A model generated the notes under the pieces. The model saw only the letters and a list, made by a program, of their open reading frames with translations, was not told the DNA's origin and searched no databases. A program made the position numbers and the translations under genes. Of a DNA stretch of 64,000 nt, positions 40,895 through 51,787 are shown piece by piece. Origin of the DNA: Candidatus Moraniibacteriota bacterium (GTDB lineage Bacteria > Patescibacteriota > Minisyncoccia > Moranbacterales > GCA-2747515); the NCBI GenBank assembly GCA_038208115.1, contig JBBQZC010000002.1, positions 55,233 to 119,232 on the forward strand, in the 5' to 3' direction. Position 1 is the first letter of the stretch, and each line of letters opens with the position of its first letter.

Positions 40895-42223
40895 TCAATA
40901 TTCGAATGCGTGATCAGATGCAAACCGCGATTCGTCAAAGGTATAATCTTTGAAAGTTTTCCCAATCTCAATGGCATTTTTTCTTGCATTATCCAAACAT
41001 ACTGATGCTCCAGGTGACGGCGTAATATCAAAGATAATATCATCTCCAACAATCTTTGCTTCACCCATTTCCATTTTTTTCTCTTTGGTATTTACGACTT
41101 GCGGACGAACACCTCCTAGTCCGATGCCATATGTTAGTTCATCCAACGTGATCATTGGCACAATTTTTTTCACTTCTTTGAGAAACATTCTCTTACCAAT
41201 CCATGGCACATCGAATAACAAATTTTTCATGACATACCAAAAAATCGTTTTATCAGCAATGACCGCAAATAGACTAGCCACGCCGCTCACTGTAAAAACT
41301 GATGTTCTCAGAAAATCCACAAGTGTACGCCAATTATGACGCTCCAAAAGTGGCAAAACCTTTGCAGTTGGACCAAATCGCGTTTCCGTTGGATCGTTCA
41401 CATTCGGATCTCCGTGGACTGCGGCAAAAGGAAGTTTTTTTATTTGCATAGTATACACTTTTCCGTTCAACAATTCTTTCGCTCGATAGAAACTGCCTGC
41501 CACAGGGAGGATGCCTAGTTCTTTGCCGTACCCAAGAGATTTAGCGAAGATCAAACTATGTGGACCAGCAGCTACCACAATACCTTTTGCAGCAATTTCA
41601 CCCTCTGCAGTCGCGATCTTCCACACACTATCCTCACGAGAAATCTTCGTAGCGGTTCTATTTAAAAACACCATTATTTCCTTTTTTTGTTTTTTTGCTT
41701 CTTCTACAAATGAAATGGAGATTTTTTGATAATTCAATGCATATCCTTTATCACTAAGCAATGCCAACACTTTTTGATGTGGATCACGACCTTCCATAAC
41801 TTTCGGTTCGATCGTAGAAATATCTTCACGTGAAATTTTTCTGAGATTAGGATATGTGCTGTGAAATTCGTGATAACGATTTTCAAGATCTTGCGTCTCT
41901 CCATCCCCGACTGCAAGCACCATCTTATGAGAAAGAAAAACTGCATCTGGAATATTTTTTTCAGCATAACTCGCCAAAAGCGAAGAAGCTTTTTTTACTT
42001 GCACAGCTTTTTCTAAGGAATAATTTGTTTCGATATCTCCAAAGTGAAGCGTCTGACTATTATTGTTAAAATGTGAATTCACATGAGCTAATTCTCCATA
42101 CTTATCCAACAAAACCAATTTTTTGAGATTGGTATATTTGCTCAAAACATAGAGCAAAGATGTGCCAGTTACACCGCCACCTATAATGGCTACGTCATAT
42201 GTTTTTTTTGCCATTTCATTCAT
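40895..42223 (-). CDS. mqo: FAD-dependent oxidoreductase, malate:quinone oxidoreductase-like
   Basis: GGGVTG, NNSQTLHFGDIETNY, KVYT...LPFAAVHGD, TPSPGAS. Confidence 0.75.
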   Translation of the reverse strand: MNEMAKKTYDVAIIGGGVTGTSLLYVLSKYTNLKKLVLLDKYGELAHVNSHFNNNSQTLHFGDIETNYSLEKAVQVKKASSLLASYAEKNIPDAVFLSHKMVLAVGDGETQDLENRYHEFHSTYPNLRKISREDISTIEPKVMEGRDPHQKVLALLSDKGYALNYQKISISFVEEAKKQKKEIMVFLNRTATKISREDSVWKIATAEGEIAAKGIVVAAGPHSLIFAKSLGYGKELGILPVAGSFYRAKELLNGKVYTMQIKKLPFAAVHGDPNVNDPTETRFGPTAKVLPLLERHNWRTLVDFLRTSVFTVSGVASLFAVIADKTIFWYVMKNLLFDVPWIGKRMFLKEVKKIVPMITLDELTYGIGLGGVRPQVVNTKEKKMEMGEAKIVGDDIIFDITPSPGASVCLDNARKNAIEIGKTFKDYTFDESRFASDHAFEY

Positions 42224-42756
42224 ATATGCATATTACTCCTCTACTTTCTTTTACGCGAATGAATTAAATGACTTTCAAAATTCACACTTCAAAATCTTGA
42301 CCCAAGAAATCTTCCATGTTATCATATTTTTTTTCAGAAATATAATCAACGACCACAGCAATCAATAGAATAGGAGAATCGTGCATTGAAAGGGCGAAAC
42401 AGATAAGTAAAAGACTACAAAGTGCATTCCACATGGGTATAAAGTTGAATATCCTTTCTCTTTGCATTTATCACAATGACGGTGCTGTGGGCATTGCGCT
42501 TTCTGGTAATTGCCAGATTTGCTCTCGACGCGATAAGATTTTTCTATTGGGTACAATTAGTGCATTTGCTCTCTGTGACATCTTACGCGTTGCATCTCGC
42601 ATCGACTCATCCAAATATGTCAAAACGCTTAGCCGCAGCAGAAGTACTTATAGTTCAATCCTCCAAAAAGAAAAAACCGTTGAAAAAATTAATTTCTCTA
42701 ACAGCTTCTTAATTTCATTAATTTTTTTACTGAAAAAAAATTATCTTCAAGAAATA

Positions 42757-43287
42757 TCATGGTTTGATTAATCTCAATTTTTTATTCAACAACAAAATCC
42801 CAACAAGCACAAAAGCTGTTAGTGCCATTGATGGAATGCTGATGTAATTGAAGACAGTGACAAATTTTGTGGTGCATGGCGCTGATATTGAACAGAAATT
42901 TGTAGACTGTACCGTGTAATATGTGAAGTTATGATAGAGAGAGATGAATATACCGACTGCGATGAGTGCCAGACTATATGTGATCACATGGTTTTCTTTT
43001 TTCCACAGAGCTGTACCAAGTAAGATTACTTGTGGATACATAAATATCCTTTGCAACCAGCAAAGTTCACATGGCTCAAATTTTGCGATCTCAGAATAAT
43101 AGAGACTGCCACTCGTCGCTACTACCGCCACAATGAATGCAAAGAATATTGCATTTTCCACAACGCACTGTGTTAATTTATTTTCAGTTTTTTTAAAAAG
43201 TAACCAATATACTATAAAGAGCAAAATTAAAATTTGTCCAAAAATAGTCAACAATCCGATCATAATATTTATATTATCAACTGCCAT
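42757..43287 (-). CDS. dsbB: Disulfide bond formation protein B (DsbB/BdbC)
   Basis: GSLYYSE...PCELCWLQRIFMYP, second Cys pair, ISIPSM. Confidence 0.88.
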   Translation of the reverse strand: MAVDNINIMIGLLTIFGQILILLFIVYWLLFKKTENKLTQCVVENAIFFAFIVAVVATSGSLYYSEIAKFEPCELCWLQRIFMYPQVILLGTALWKKENHVITYSLALIAVGIFISLYHNFTYYTVQSTNFCSISAPCTTKFVTVFNYISIPSMALTAFVLVGILLLNKKLRLIKP

Positions 43288-43537
43288 ATAATTTTACGTT
43301 AACCAATTACGCCTTGATACTATCATAAAAATGATTCTTATTCTAACTCAGACTATACATCCATTCACTTTTTTCAATTTTTATACATTTTTTCTTCAGT
43401 AATATCTATCAATGCGAGGAATGGCGTAAAATGAAATAATGAAGCAAATTGGTTCAATACATAAAAGACAATATATAAATCAATAAATTACTTCGTCAAT
43501 TCGTTAGCAATACAGCTCCTCTCAAAGAGACAAATAT

Positions 43538-43567
43538 AAAAAATGACTTAGTAAAGTCATTTTTTAT
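43538..43567. terminator. Terminator of the VOC-SRPBCC operon
   Basis: AAAAAATGACTT/AAGTCATTTTTT stem. Confidence 0.7.
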
Positions 43568-43584
43568 GTTTTCCGCTGTAATGC

Positions 43585-44085
43585 TTATTTGATAGCGTCA
43601 GCGAACTTATCGAGAGACTGATTCCAGCCTTGTCGCATACCTTCGCTTTCCACTTCGCTCATATCACCACGATCTGGATAATACAAAGTGAGTTTTGTTT
43701 TATCTGTTTCATGATCTTCAAATGTGATTGTGAGCATCATCTCCATTGGCGTTTTCGCATCCATCCCATAATACGTTGCTGATACTTGGTTACCATTTTC
43801 ATCAGCAAAATAATCCGTGAGAATGATCCTTTCCATCGCTACGATTTCTTGAAATACGCCGCCACTCCAGTAATCTCGCTCAGGCATATCAGGTGCTACT
43901 TTTCCTCGCATGCAGTAAAGATATTTACCACCCTTACAAAAATCAATTGCAACTTCTGGTGCAGTAAAATCTTTTGGTCCCCACCATTTTTTCACAAATT
44001 CTGAATCAGTCCACACTCGCCATACTACATCTCTTGGTGCATCAAAAATTCGCTCGATACGTAATTCATTCTTATTTTTATCCAT
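43585..44085 (-). CDS. SRPBCC/AHSA1-domain protein
   Basis: ERIFDAPRDVVWRVWT..WWGP...GWNQSLDK. Confidence 0.88.
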   Translation of the reverse strand: MDKNKNELRIERIFDAPRDVVWRVWTDSEFVKKWWGPKDFTAPEVAIDFCKGGKYLYCMRGKVAPDMPERDYWSGGVFQEIVAMERIILTDYFADENGNQVSATYYGMDAKTPMEMMLTITFEDHETDKTKLTLYYPDRGDMSEVESEGMRQGWNQSLDKFADAIK

Positions 44086-44110
44086 ATTTATGAGTTAATA
44101 ATCATCTCAC

Positions 44111-44485
44111 TCACATATTTTTCATACTTTCTGGTACTTGAAGCATGCCAAACTGAGTACCCTCTATATCTTTTGCTTGGACAATCAATCCGACATTTGG
44201 AATATTCATGACCTCACCGAGAATTTCTCCACCCGCTTTCTTTACTTTTTTCATCGCCTCTTTTACGTCCTCCACTGAAATTGTGTTTATCGTTTTATCA
44301 TTGGCGCCTCTCTTATAGATAGCACCACTGATGCCATATTTTTCCTCTTTTGGGCCAGCCATGACGAGCCAATAATCTGAAACACCTTCATATTGTGAAA
44401 TCTCCCAGTCAAACACTTCTTTATAGAAATTGCCGACTTTTTCCGGATCTGTTGCCGGAATTTCGAAGTGAATAATCTTTGCCAT
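44111..44485 (-). CDS. VOC/glyoxalase-family protein
   Basis: HFEIPA..FYKEVFDW..DIEGTQFG. Confidence 0.88.
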   Translation of the reverse strand: MAKIIHFEIPATDPEKVGNFYKEVFDWEISQYEGVSDYWLVMAGPKEEKYGISGAIYKRGANDKTINTISVEDVKEAMKKVKKAGGEILGEVMNIPNVGLIVQAKDIEGTQFGMLQVPESMKNM

Positions 44486-45134
44486 ATATTTAATTATTAA
44501 TAATTAATTGATATTACTACTTGTTTGTATAATACAAAAAACGGACACTATTTGTTTCATATTAATAAAGTCGATTTTACGTCACTCATCATCACATTTA
44601 GAGTTTTGCAAAGATAAATCATCTCTAAACAATCTCGTTCTAAAAATCGTAATAATTGCAAAATTCTCTTTTAACCGAAAAAATATCTGTCAAAAACTCA
44701 CACTGTTCCTTTTTTTGTTCTCCTTTTTATCGACATGGAAGAATAAGGTGAACTAACTGAAAAAAAATACTGCTACAGCAGTTGTGATCTAATCAATAAC
44801 AGTTTCATTTAAATAAAAAAGTGCTTTGGTATAAGTAATCATAATAACACAAATGACAAACAAATTTAAAATTTATTCAAAATATGTGGCGCATTACTAT
44901 TTATAATGTTTTTCTGTTAAAATCAATGTTCTAATTGCTACGCACCTAAAAGAAAAATATTATACAAAAATATTTTTAACATACATATAAACAAATACCA
45001 CATAATACTGTTTACACATTTATTAGTAAAATTATCATTTTTAATGAATTACAAATTTGTATTTGAAATAATTTGCCCTCACAAACGTATTATATTATAT
45101 AATCACGGAGTAATTATTTAATTAATTTAAATAT

Positions 45135-45623
45135 ATGAAAAAAATATTATGGATTTTACCACTAACCGCTCTATTTCTGTATGGATGCGGACAAGTTGCA
45201 GGCAATAATTCAACGACAAATCCTACTACTGGTAAAACAAGCCAAAAAAATTCAAATACTCCAACTACTATTGTCGACACACCAACCCCATCAAATTCCA
45301 CTGTAAAGTTTGCAGAGCAATCATACTTTAAGAATGCTTATTTGATTTCTACTGACACTTTAAGCACTGAAGCAAAAACAGCACTTGCAGGATTTAAAAT
45401 GGATAAACAAACATTACCAGATGGCACAATACAAATCAATTTAAAAGCTCTAGAGCCTCAATATCATGATCAATCATATACACTCAAAGATGGCGAACAA
45501 CTCTATTTCATAGATAAATTTTTGGCAGACGATTCTAGTGGCACAGAATCAAATATTGGTGATGACACAGCTGTCATTGTTGATAGTCAAGGTAATGTCG
45601 TTCAACAACCTACTGGTTTCTAA
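45135..45623 (+). CDS. Lipoprotein
   Basis: Lipobox LYG-C, S/T-rich linker; terminator at 45628-45657. Confidence 0.75.
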   Translation: MKKILWILPLTALFLYGCGQVAGNNSTTNPTTGKTSQKNSNTPTTIVDTPTPSNSTVKFAEQSYFKNAYLISTDTLSTEAKTALAGFKMDKQTLPDGTIQINLKALEPQYHDQSYTLKDGEQLYFIDKFLADDSSGTESNIGDDTAVIVDSQGNVVQQPTGF

Positions 45624-45679
45624 AAAAAAGAAAAACACCCTCACAGGTGTTTTTCTTATCACATTCTGTAAAATTCAAA

Positions 45680-46057
45680 TTACCTTATATAATCCTCCGT
45701 ATGTGAGGTGATATCAAAATAAAGATACCCAACACCAGTTAGTATAACAAGATCACGCAATGCAACCGTATTCCATCCCAGATTCATGATTATGCCCCCA
45801 AGCAGAACTGCGGCAAGTGGTAATGCAATATGGGTGTATTTATCTAAAATAAGCAAAAAGGCAATTGTCACTTGCAAAGCTCCCAATATTAGCATGAAGA
45901 CACTTACTGGAATAATAAATTCTATCAATGTAATGATACTTGGGGAGATCCATGTGCCAGCCTCTGTAATAGGATCCATCAAAGCCAAAATACCAAAATA
46001 TCCAAACAGGCCACCTATAGATGACTGAAAAATACGCCGTGAGATTTTCTCTTTCAT
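45680..46057 (-). CDS. DoxX-like membrane protein
   Basis: 4 TM, YFG...P...W, VALRDL. Confidence 0.65.
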   Translation of the reverse strand: MKEKISRRIFQSSIGGLFGYFGILALMDPITEAGTWISPSIITLIEFIIPVSVFMLILGALQVTIAFLLILDKYTHIALPLAAVLLGGIIMNLGWNTVALRDLVILTGVGYLYFDITSHTEDYIR

Positions 46058-46227
46058 ATTTTAACTTTTGAACAACGAATACCACCAGTATCATTATACG
46101 ATATTTTATCGACTAAGCATATGTCTCAATTACTTTTATAACACTATACTCAAAAATCAATCTTAATCTTTATTTTTTTCTGTATTTGCTGTATCCACAT
46201 GATATAAATGATGGCTCACATTTTAGT

Positions 46228-46704
46228 CTACATAAACTCGTTTCCTTTTTTACCTTGAACGAAAGGCTTTTCCAAAACGATACCATGACGCATGAATATA
46301 GATGGCGCCCTTCCAGCGATTGCAATTCTTTTTACTGAGTAATGATGTGCAATTTTTTTCATCTTCTCTTCTAGAAGTCGACATTCGTTTTCTGATCCCA
46401 CCATACTACGTACAGTGGATGGTGCTCCAATCAAAAATCCCCTTCCAGCCTTTTCGCCTCGTGGAGCAGTGATGATTCCTCCAAAGAAAATTTGTGTGCG
46501 ACACCATGCTGTGTTTGCAAGAAAGTGTGGCAAGTAACCACCTATATCACTTTCCTTACCGGGATAAACGAAAAAAATATAATCAAAGAAACGTGGTAAT
46601 AATCGCATAAGATATGGAAATGGTCCTCGCAAAACAATAACTCCTAAAAAAAGAAGTATACCAACACGAATTCTTCCTTGTATTTTTCCTCTCGCTTTTT
46701 TCAC
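46228..46704 (-). pseudogene. Probably truncated oxidoreductase-like gene (N-terminal part only)
   Basis: Good leader and SD, but the ORF ends at FVQGKKGNEFM, where I would expect a Rossmann domain to follow (inference). Confidence 0.4.
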
Positions 46705-47015
46705 AAGTTCACCCTCTCTTTTTGTTGGTTATTTAATCAAAGAACAATTTGAACCTCGTTTTAAAGTATACTATATTTTATAAAATGGAGAAATAAATGC
46801 ATATAATTTTCATCTGCATATAAAATCCCAAAGAAGTTGTCGTTTCTCGAACTTGAATTTTTTATAAGCTCAATAATCATTTTATTTAGATATAAAAAAT
46901 TGCCCTTCAATAAGGACAATTTTATTAGTTCCGTGAACTGGATGTCAATAGAATTTGCATAATGATACCACAAACAAAGCGAGGCTAGAAAAATGCCCCG
47001 CTACACATCAAACTA

Positions 47016-48374
47016 TTAGTTTGAAGTAGTACTATCCTTTCCATAAGCATCCTTAAAATTCTTTTTGTTTTGTGCATCCAATTCTTCAAACTGGGTCTTA
47101 AGACTTTTATATCTTTCATCATATTTGTTCATTATATACGCCCTACACTCACTTGAAGCTTTATTTATATCCGTAATCATGTTGACCCACTCTGCACCCA
47201 ATAATGCCTGACAATTAATCAGCACGCTGGAATTAGCCTGCACCTGAGCCACAACTTTTCCCTTTCTTAAGCATTTTGCTGTTACATCGCCAAGTGCTGC
47301 ACTCAACTCGCTAGCATTACGCGCTGAAAAATATGTACCATTACCACTCACAGCTGTGCTCTTGAGCTGAGATTCAGCCTTCCCCCCTACATCAAAACCG
47401 ACAACATTAACCACGACGTTTATATCCGACGTATTCAACTCTTTTGCCTTGGCGACCGGATCACCATTGCAAGTTTCTTCTCCATCACTAATAAGCAGAA
47501 CTGAATTATTGTACTGCGCCGTTGGATATTTGGATAAAATATCTTTTGCTTTTTGCAAAGCGCCTTCAATCGGCGTCCAGCCAGTCGCTTTCATAGCTCC
47601 AATCTTATCATTAATAATGTTTAAGTTAGGCGCACCTAACCAATATATTTCCTCTATACCAGAACATGAAACTGCTTTACTACTAACATTGTTACTCCCC
47701 TTATGACCATAGGCTACGATTGAAATGTTAATATCTTCTTTCAAATCTTTGACAAAGTTCTCAGCTGCTTCCTTAGCCACATCAAGTTTCGTCCTGCCAC
47801 CCATGTTGGCTGCCATACTTCCAGAAGAATCGAGAATCATCACCACGTTCTTCGGCAGATTAGCTTTTGTTGGTTGTTCACATTCCATACCCCCTATTCC
47901 TGCAAAGCATCCTTTCCCATAAGTTCTCCCGTTTTTCTCGATTAGAACATTGTATTCATTATCACATTTGATATTATCCATAACCTGGTCTGATGTTACA
48001 GGAACGATACCACTTTCATTTCCATCATTACTCGAGCCAATGTCCGGACTGCCACTTTGATCACCTAATGAACCAGCTATATTTTCTATAAACGAAACAC
48101 TAGTATCGTTTGGCACTTTATGAGAAATGCTCCGGAAAAGCATAAAAACTCCCAAGATGATGAACACTAGTATTAGCACAAAAATAGTAGCTATGATAGT
48201 ACAAGATTTTCCTGCAGTTTTTGATTGGATTGGTGCCACATTAAAAATGGGCGGTGAAGTCGGAGGTTGATTCAAACTCTTAGTTGGTTCCGATGGAGTG
48301 GCGGGATTTGGCACTGGGATTGGTATCTGCATCGGAGCCCCTGACATCGGCGGCGTATCTTTTTGTGTTTCCAT
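47016..48374 (-). CDS. Membrane-anchored VWA-domain protein with Pro-rich N-terminus
   Basis: TM; DSSGS, YGHKG, GWTP, SDGEETC; paralog of 29168. Confidence 0.88.
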   Translation of the reverse strand: METQKDTPPMSGAPMQIPIPVPNPATPSEPTKSLNQPPTSPPIFNVAPIQSKTAGKSCTIIATIFVLILVFIILGVFMLFRSISHKVPNDTSVSFIENIAGSLGDQSGSPDIGSSNDGNESGIVPVTSDQVMDNIKCDNEYNVLIEKNGRTYGKGCFAGIGGMECEQPTKANLPKNVVMILDSSGSMAANMGGRTKLDVAKEAAENFVKDLKEDINISIVAYGHKGSNNVSSKAVSCSGIEEIYWLGAPNLNIINDKIGAMKATGWTPIEGALQKAKDILSKYPTAQYNNSVLLISDGEETCNGDPVAKAKELNTSDINVVVNVVGFDVGGKAESQLKSTAVSGNGTYFSARNASELSAALGDVTAKCLRKGKVVAQVQANSSVLINCQALLGAEWVNMITDINKASSECRAYIMNKYDERYKSLKTQFEELDAQNKKNFKDAYGKDSTTSN

Positions 48375-48669
48375 TTTTATTTTAAATATAAAAAATTATA
48401 AATAACTAATTGATTATTATTTTGTCTCAGACATATTTATGATAACAAAAAAAAATTCTTCTTCACAATTAAAGTCCCCTGCTGAGAATAACAGATCCAC
48501 CGAATATCTATTCTGTATTTTTTAAAACTATAAGTCCCTATTTTTATTTATCCACTTAATCATGCATCAATATTTCCAGTCAGGATTTTGACACACACCT
48601 AGCTTCGCTTAATTGCTACTTATTTATTAGAGTATTATTTACTCTGTCTAAAAAACTGTACTATAATAA

Positions 48670-49503
48670 TTATTCTTTGTTTTCTACTTCCTTTAATTCC
48701 ATTTTTAACATATCAATCCAAATATCTGAATAATCACCTTTTATAGAAAAGTCGATCGCTTCTTGGAGACACACAGTTGCTTTTTTATTATCACCCCGTT
48801 TAATATATTCATTGGCAATCTTATTCATTTGCACATCTTTTCCCTTTACATCATTATATATTGATGCATCTATATTTTTCAATCCGCTAAAACACGCACT
48901 CTTATCATCACCCGGCCAAATATTTGTATCTTCATTTTTTTGCACTTTTTCTACGATTTGCGCTGCTTCCTTTTTTCTATCCTTGAAATATTTATCTCAA
49001 GGATAGAACGAGCTCACCATATAATAACTGCTCAATGCCATAACTAAGATAAGCGGTATTATTGCATAGTCATATCTTTCTTTCTGATAGAAAAATATCG
49101 ATAGAGCTATCGGACCGAGAAATATCAGAACCCACATTGCACAAAAAATTACAGGTCCCATAAAATCTCCACTATTTCCTGACATCACAAACAAGAGAAG
49201 TGCCATTGGAGCTGAACAAATAGCTATAATTATCCAAATAACCAGCAACGTAATTGCGATGACTTTTGAAAGTTTTTTCTTTTTTAGATTTGTCTCATTT
49301 AAAATCGCTTGAGGTGATTGCTTGAATTGAATATTCTGATTTTCCAAACCAGAACCATTTGGTTGTAAATCACCATAAACCACCCGCACTGCCTCCTGGA
49401 TATCAACTTCCGCATATCCGGAATTTCTCAGTTGCTGAATGAGAGACTTCTGAGAATAATTACTCCCATATTATTGCAAATAATCTACAATTTTTTGGAG
49501 CAT
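48670..49503 (-). pseudogene. Membrane protein gene with two in-frame stops
   Basis: One frame from ATG 49503: MLQKIVDYLQ*YGSNY... (TAA at 49471) ...SSFYP*DKYF (TGA at 48997) ...ENKE. Confidence 0.7.
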
Positions 49504-49695
49504 ACTTTTCAAACTATTATTATTTAATGGGTAGTCGGCATTGCTGGAAATGAATCTAGCAGATCACTTTGTATAGGCACTTGCAATGGTTGCGGAATGC
49601 TTGGTGACACAGGCACTGATGAATAATTCGGCAAAAGATGTTGGGTTGTTTTCATATTATATACAAACATTTTTTTTCACTGTAGCTACACAAGA

Positions 49696-50790
49696 TTAAT
49701 CGCAATAACCCTTATACTTATAATTCTTGAAAGTCTTTTTGGTTTTTTTCTTAAATTTTCCAAAATTTTTATCTTTTTTTTGTTTCTCGCGTTTTGTCAT
49801 ACCAAAATGATGCGCTTCCTTTTTAAGAGTAATATAATTTTTATATTCATTTTCATCCAAATCACCAGACTGCATATCTCCCAAAACTCCACATCCAGGT
49901 TCATGCACATGAGTACAATTGGTAAATTTACATTTCAGTGCTGAAAATGAAATCGCATTAAATTGGTCATCAATTCCTACACTCAAATCCGTTAACCCCA
50001 CTTCACGCATACCAGGATTATCAACCACTATACTACCATTATCCAAAAAATACATTTCTCTTTGCGTGGTAGTATGTGTACCTCTATCTGATTGTATGCC
50101 AATATTGCCAATCGTGATACGATCTTTCCCGAGTAATTTGTTGATCAAAGAAGATTTACCGACTCCAGACGAGCCGATAAAACAATACGTCTTCCCTCTT
50201 ATGGATGAGTCATATAAATTTTTCAAACCTTCGCTAGTCACTGTGCTAGTAAAAATAATATCAACATTGGACAGTCGTTTCTTTAATTCTGTCATCCGTT
50301 CTTTTTTCTCTTGATCAGAGATTAAATCTATTTTATTGAGTATTATGATAGGTTTTATGCCACTTTCTCTTACTAGCACACAATATCTCTCATATCGATT
50401 TAAATTGTAATCACGATCAATTGATTCAACAATAAATGCCACATCAATGTTTGTTGCTATAAGTTGCTCCCCATCTTTACCACTATATTTCCTTTTCAAA
50501 ATTGTTTTCCGCGCCATAATTTCATGGATCACTGCTCTATTCCCATCAACCTTATCAAGAACAACCCAATCGCCGACAGCTGGATAATCTTCCCGCATAG
50601 ACGAATTAAAAGATTTTTTACCTGTTATTGTTGCTAAATATTCACCTGAGACTGTCTTTACTTTATACACCCCTTTATATTCAGCAATGACTCTTGCGAC
50701 ACAATAATCCCTCAACCCAAGTGCAAAACGACTTTTTTCAAAAAAATCATCATAACCCAGATCTTCAATTCTTTCTATATGTAAACTCAT
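49696..50790 (-). CDS. rsgA: Ribosome small subunit-dependent GTPase A
   Basis: PAVGDWV, NKID, GSSGVGKSS, GTHTTT, DNPGMRE, CKFTNCTHVHEPGC. Confidence 0.95.
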   Translation of the reverse strand: MSLHIERIEDLGYDDFFEKSRFALGLRDYCVARVIAEYKGVYKVKTVSGEYLATITGKKSFNSSMREDYPAVGDWVVLDKVDGNRAVIHEIMARKTILKRKYSGKDGEQLIATNIDVAFIVESIDRDYNLNRYERYCVLVRESGIKPIIILNKIDLISDQEKKERMTELKKRLSNVDIIFTSTVTSEGLKNLYDSSIRGKTYCFIGSSGVGKSSLINKLLGKDRITIGNIGIQSDRGTHTTTQREMYFLDNGSIVVDNPGMREVGLTDLSVGIDDQFNAISFSALKCKFTNCTHVHEPGCGVLGDMQSGDLDENEYKNYITLKKEAHHFGMTKREKQKKDKNFGKFKKKTKKTFKNYKYKGYCD

Positions 50791-50973
50791 ATTTGCCTTT
50801 TACTGCATACATCCATTATGCATGTTTATACAATTTATGTAATACCTGACTCGGATTTATCGCTCAATGACATAAATGTCATGTCATTAACGTTATAATT
50901 TAATTTTTAAAAAAAGGCGAACTAGAATTTTAACAAGTTAAGTCCAAATTTTTTTAATAATTTTATTTAAAAT

Positions 50974-51636
50974 TTATTTATTTTGTTTTGTAGTTTTTAT
51001 AAAAAATATGTAATACAGCATTACTATATCATTTAATATTTTTTGGATTAATATTTTTTGTTCTTCGGATATATCATCTTTTGATAAGATACAAAAAATT
51101 TTTACATCCAAGCCTTCCATTGTTGAGCTCACAGCGCTTGAAACAGTATTAGGGTTTATCTTCACTAAATCTTTGTTACTAATCTTTGGTAAATCCATTT
51201 TTTTTCTAGCTTTAAAATATTCAGAAATTGTTCTAATTTTTTTTTCTTCAACTATACGCAAAAAAACAAAATCATAATTATCTAATCCTAATATTCTATC
51301 AGCCATTTCTTCAAGAATACTTTTTAGTTTTGTCTTATTTTCTGGGTATTTATCAACACTAACGAGTAATTTTTTTATCCTTTCTGCAAATATATTCATC
51401 TTCCCTATCTGTTTCCAGGCCGTGTCTATAATTTCATTTTTTGATGCTACTTCTTTTTTGTAAAAAAAATCTAAAATTATTGCAATTATTGTAATAATTA
51501 AAATTATTAAACCTTCCAAAAATTCCTCTTCTAAAAATGAAAACCCATTTTTAATAGCATAAGGAGTTGATACAATACAAAATAATAAAATTAGCATAAA
51601 TAACAAATAAAACCTCTTTAGATATCTTGTTTTCAT
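50974..51636 (-). CDS. Hypothetical membrane protein, very AT-rich
   Basis: 2 N-terminal TM, 220 aa. Confidence 0.65.
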   Translation of the reverse strand: MKTRYLKRFYLLFMLILLFCIVSTPYAIKNGFSFLEEEFLEGLIILIITIIAIILDFFYKKEVASKNEIIDTAWKQIGKMNIFAERIKKLLVSVDKYPENKTKLKSILEEMADRILGLDNYDFVFLRIVEEKKIRTISEYFKARKKMDLPKISNKDLVKINPNTVSSAVSSTMEGLDVKIFCILSKDDISEEQKILIQKILNDIVMLYYIFFIKTTKQNK

Positions 51637-51787
51637 ATTGTTTTATCACATTAAGATTTTCTTCATTGTATCATAATTCTTTTTAATAATTCAAGAAATA
51701 TATTATCCTAAAACTCTGAACGAAAGACAAAATTAGAGACTTATGTCAATAAAATTTCATTTTCACACATAAAAACACATTGCTATA

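Noticed and set aside
42282-42771. Overlapping short ORFs between mqo and dsbB
   Set aside because: No coherent frame or family; possibly a relic
44500-45130. Long AT-rich intergenic region as an ncRNA or CRISPR array
   Set aside because: No repeats or stable structure seen
25677-48999. In-frame TGA codons suggesting stop-codon reassignment
   Set aside because: TGA terminates intact genes here (purD, dsbB, the ABC gene at 51788), and the affected genes carry other lesions, so they are pseudogenes
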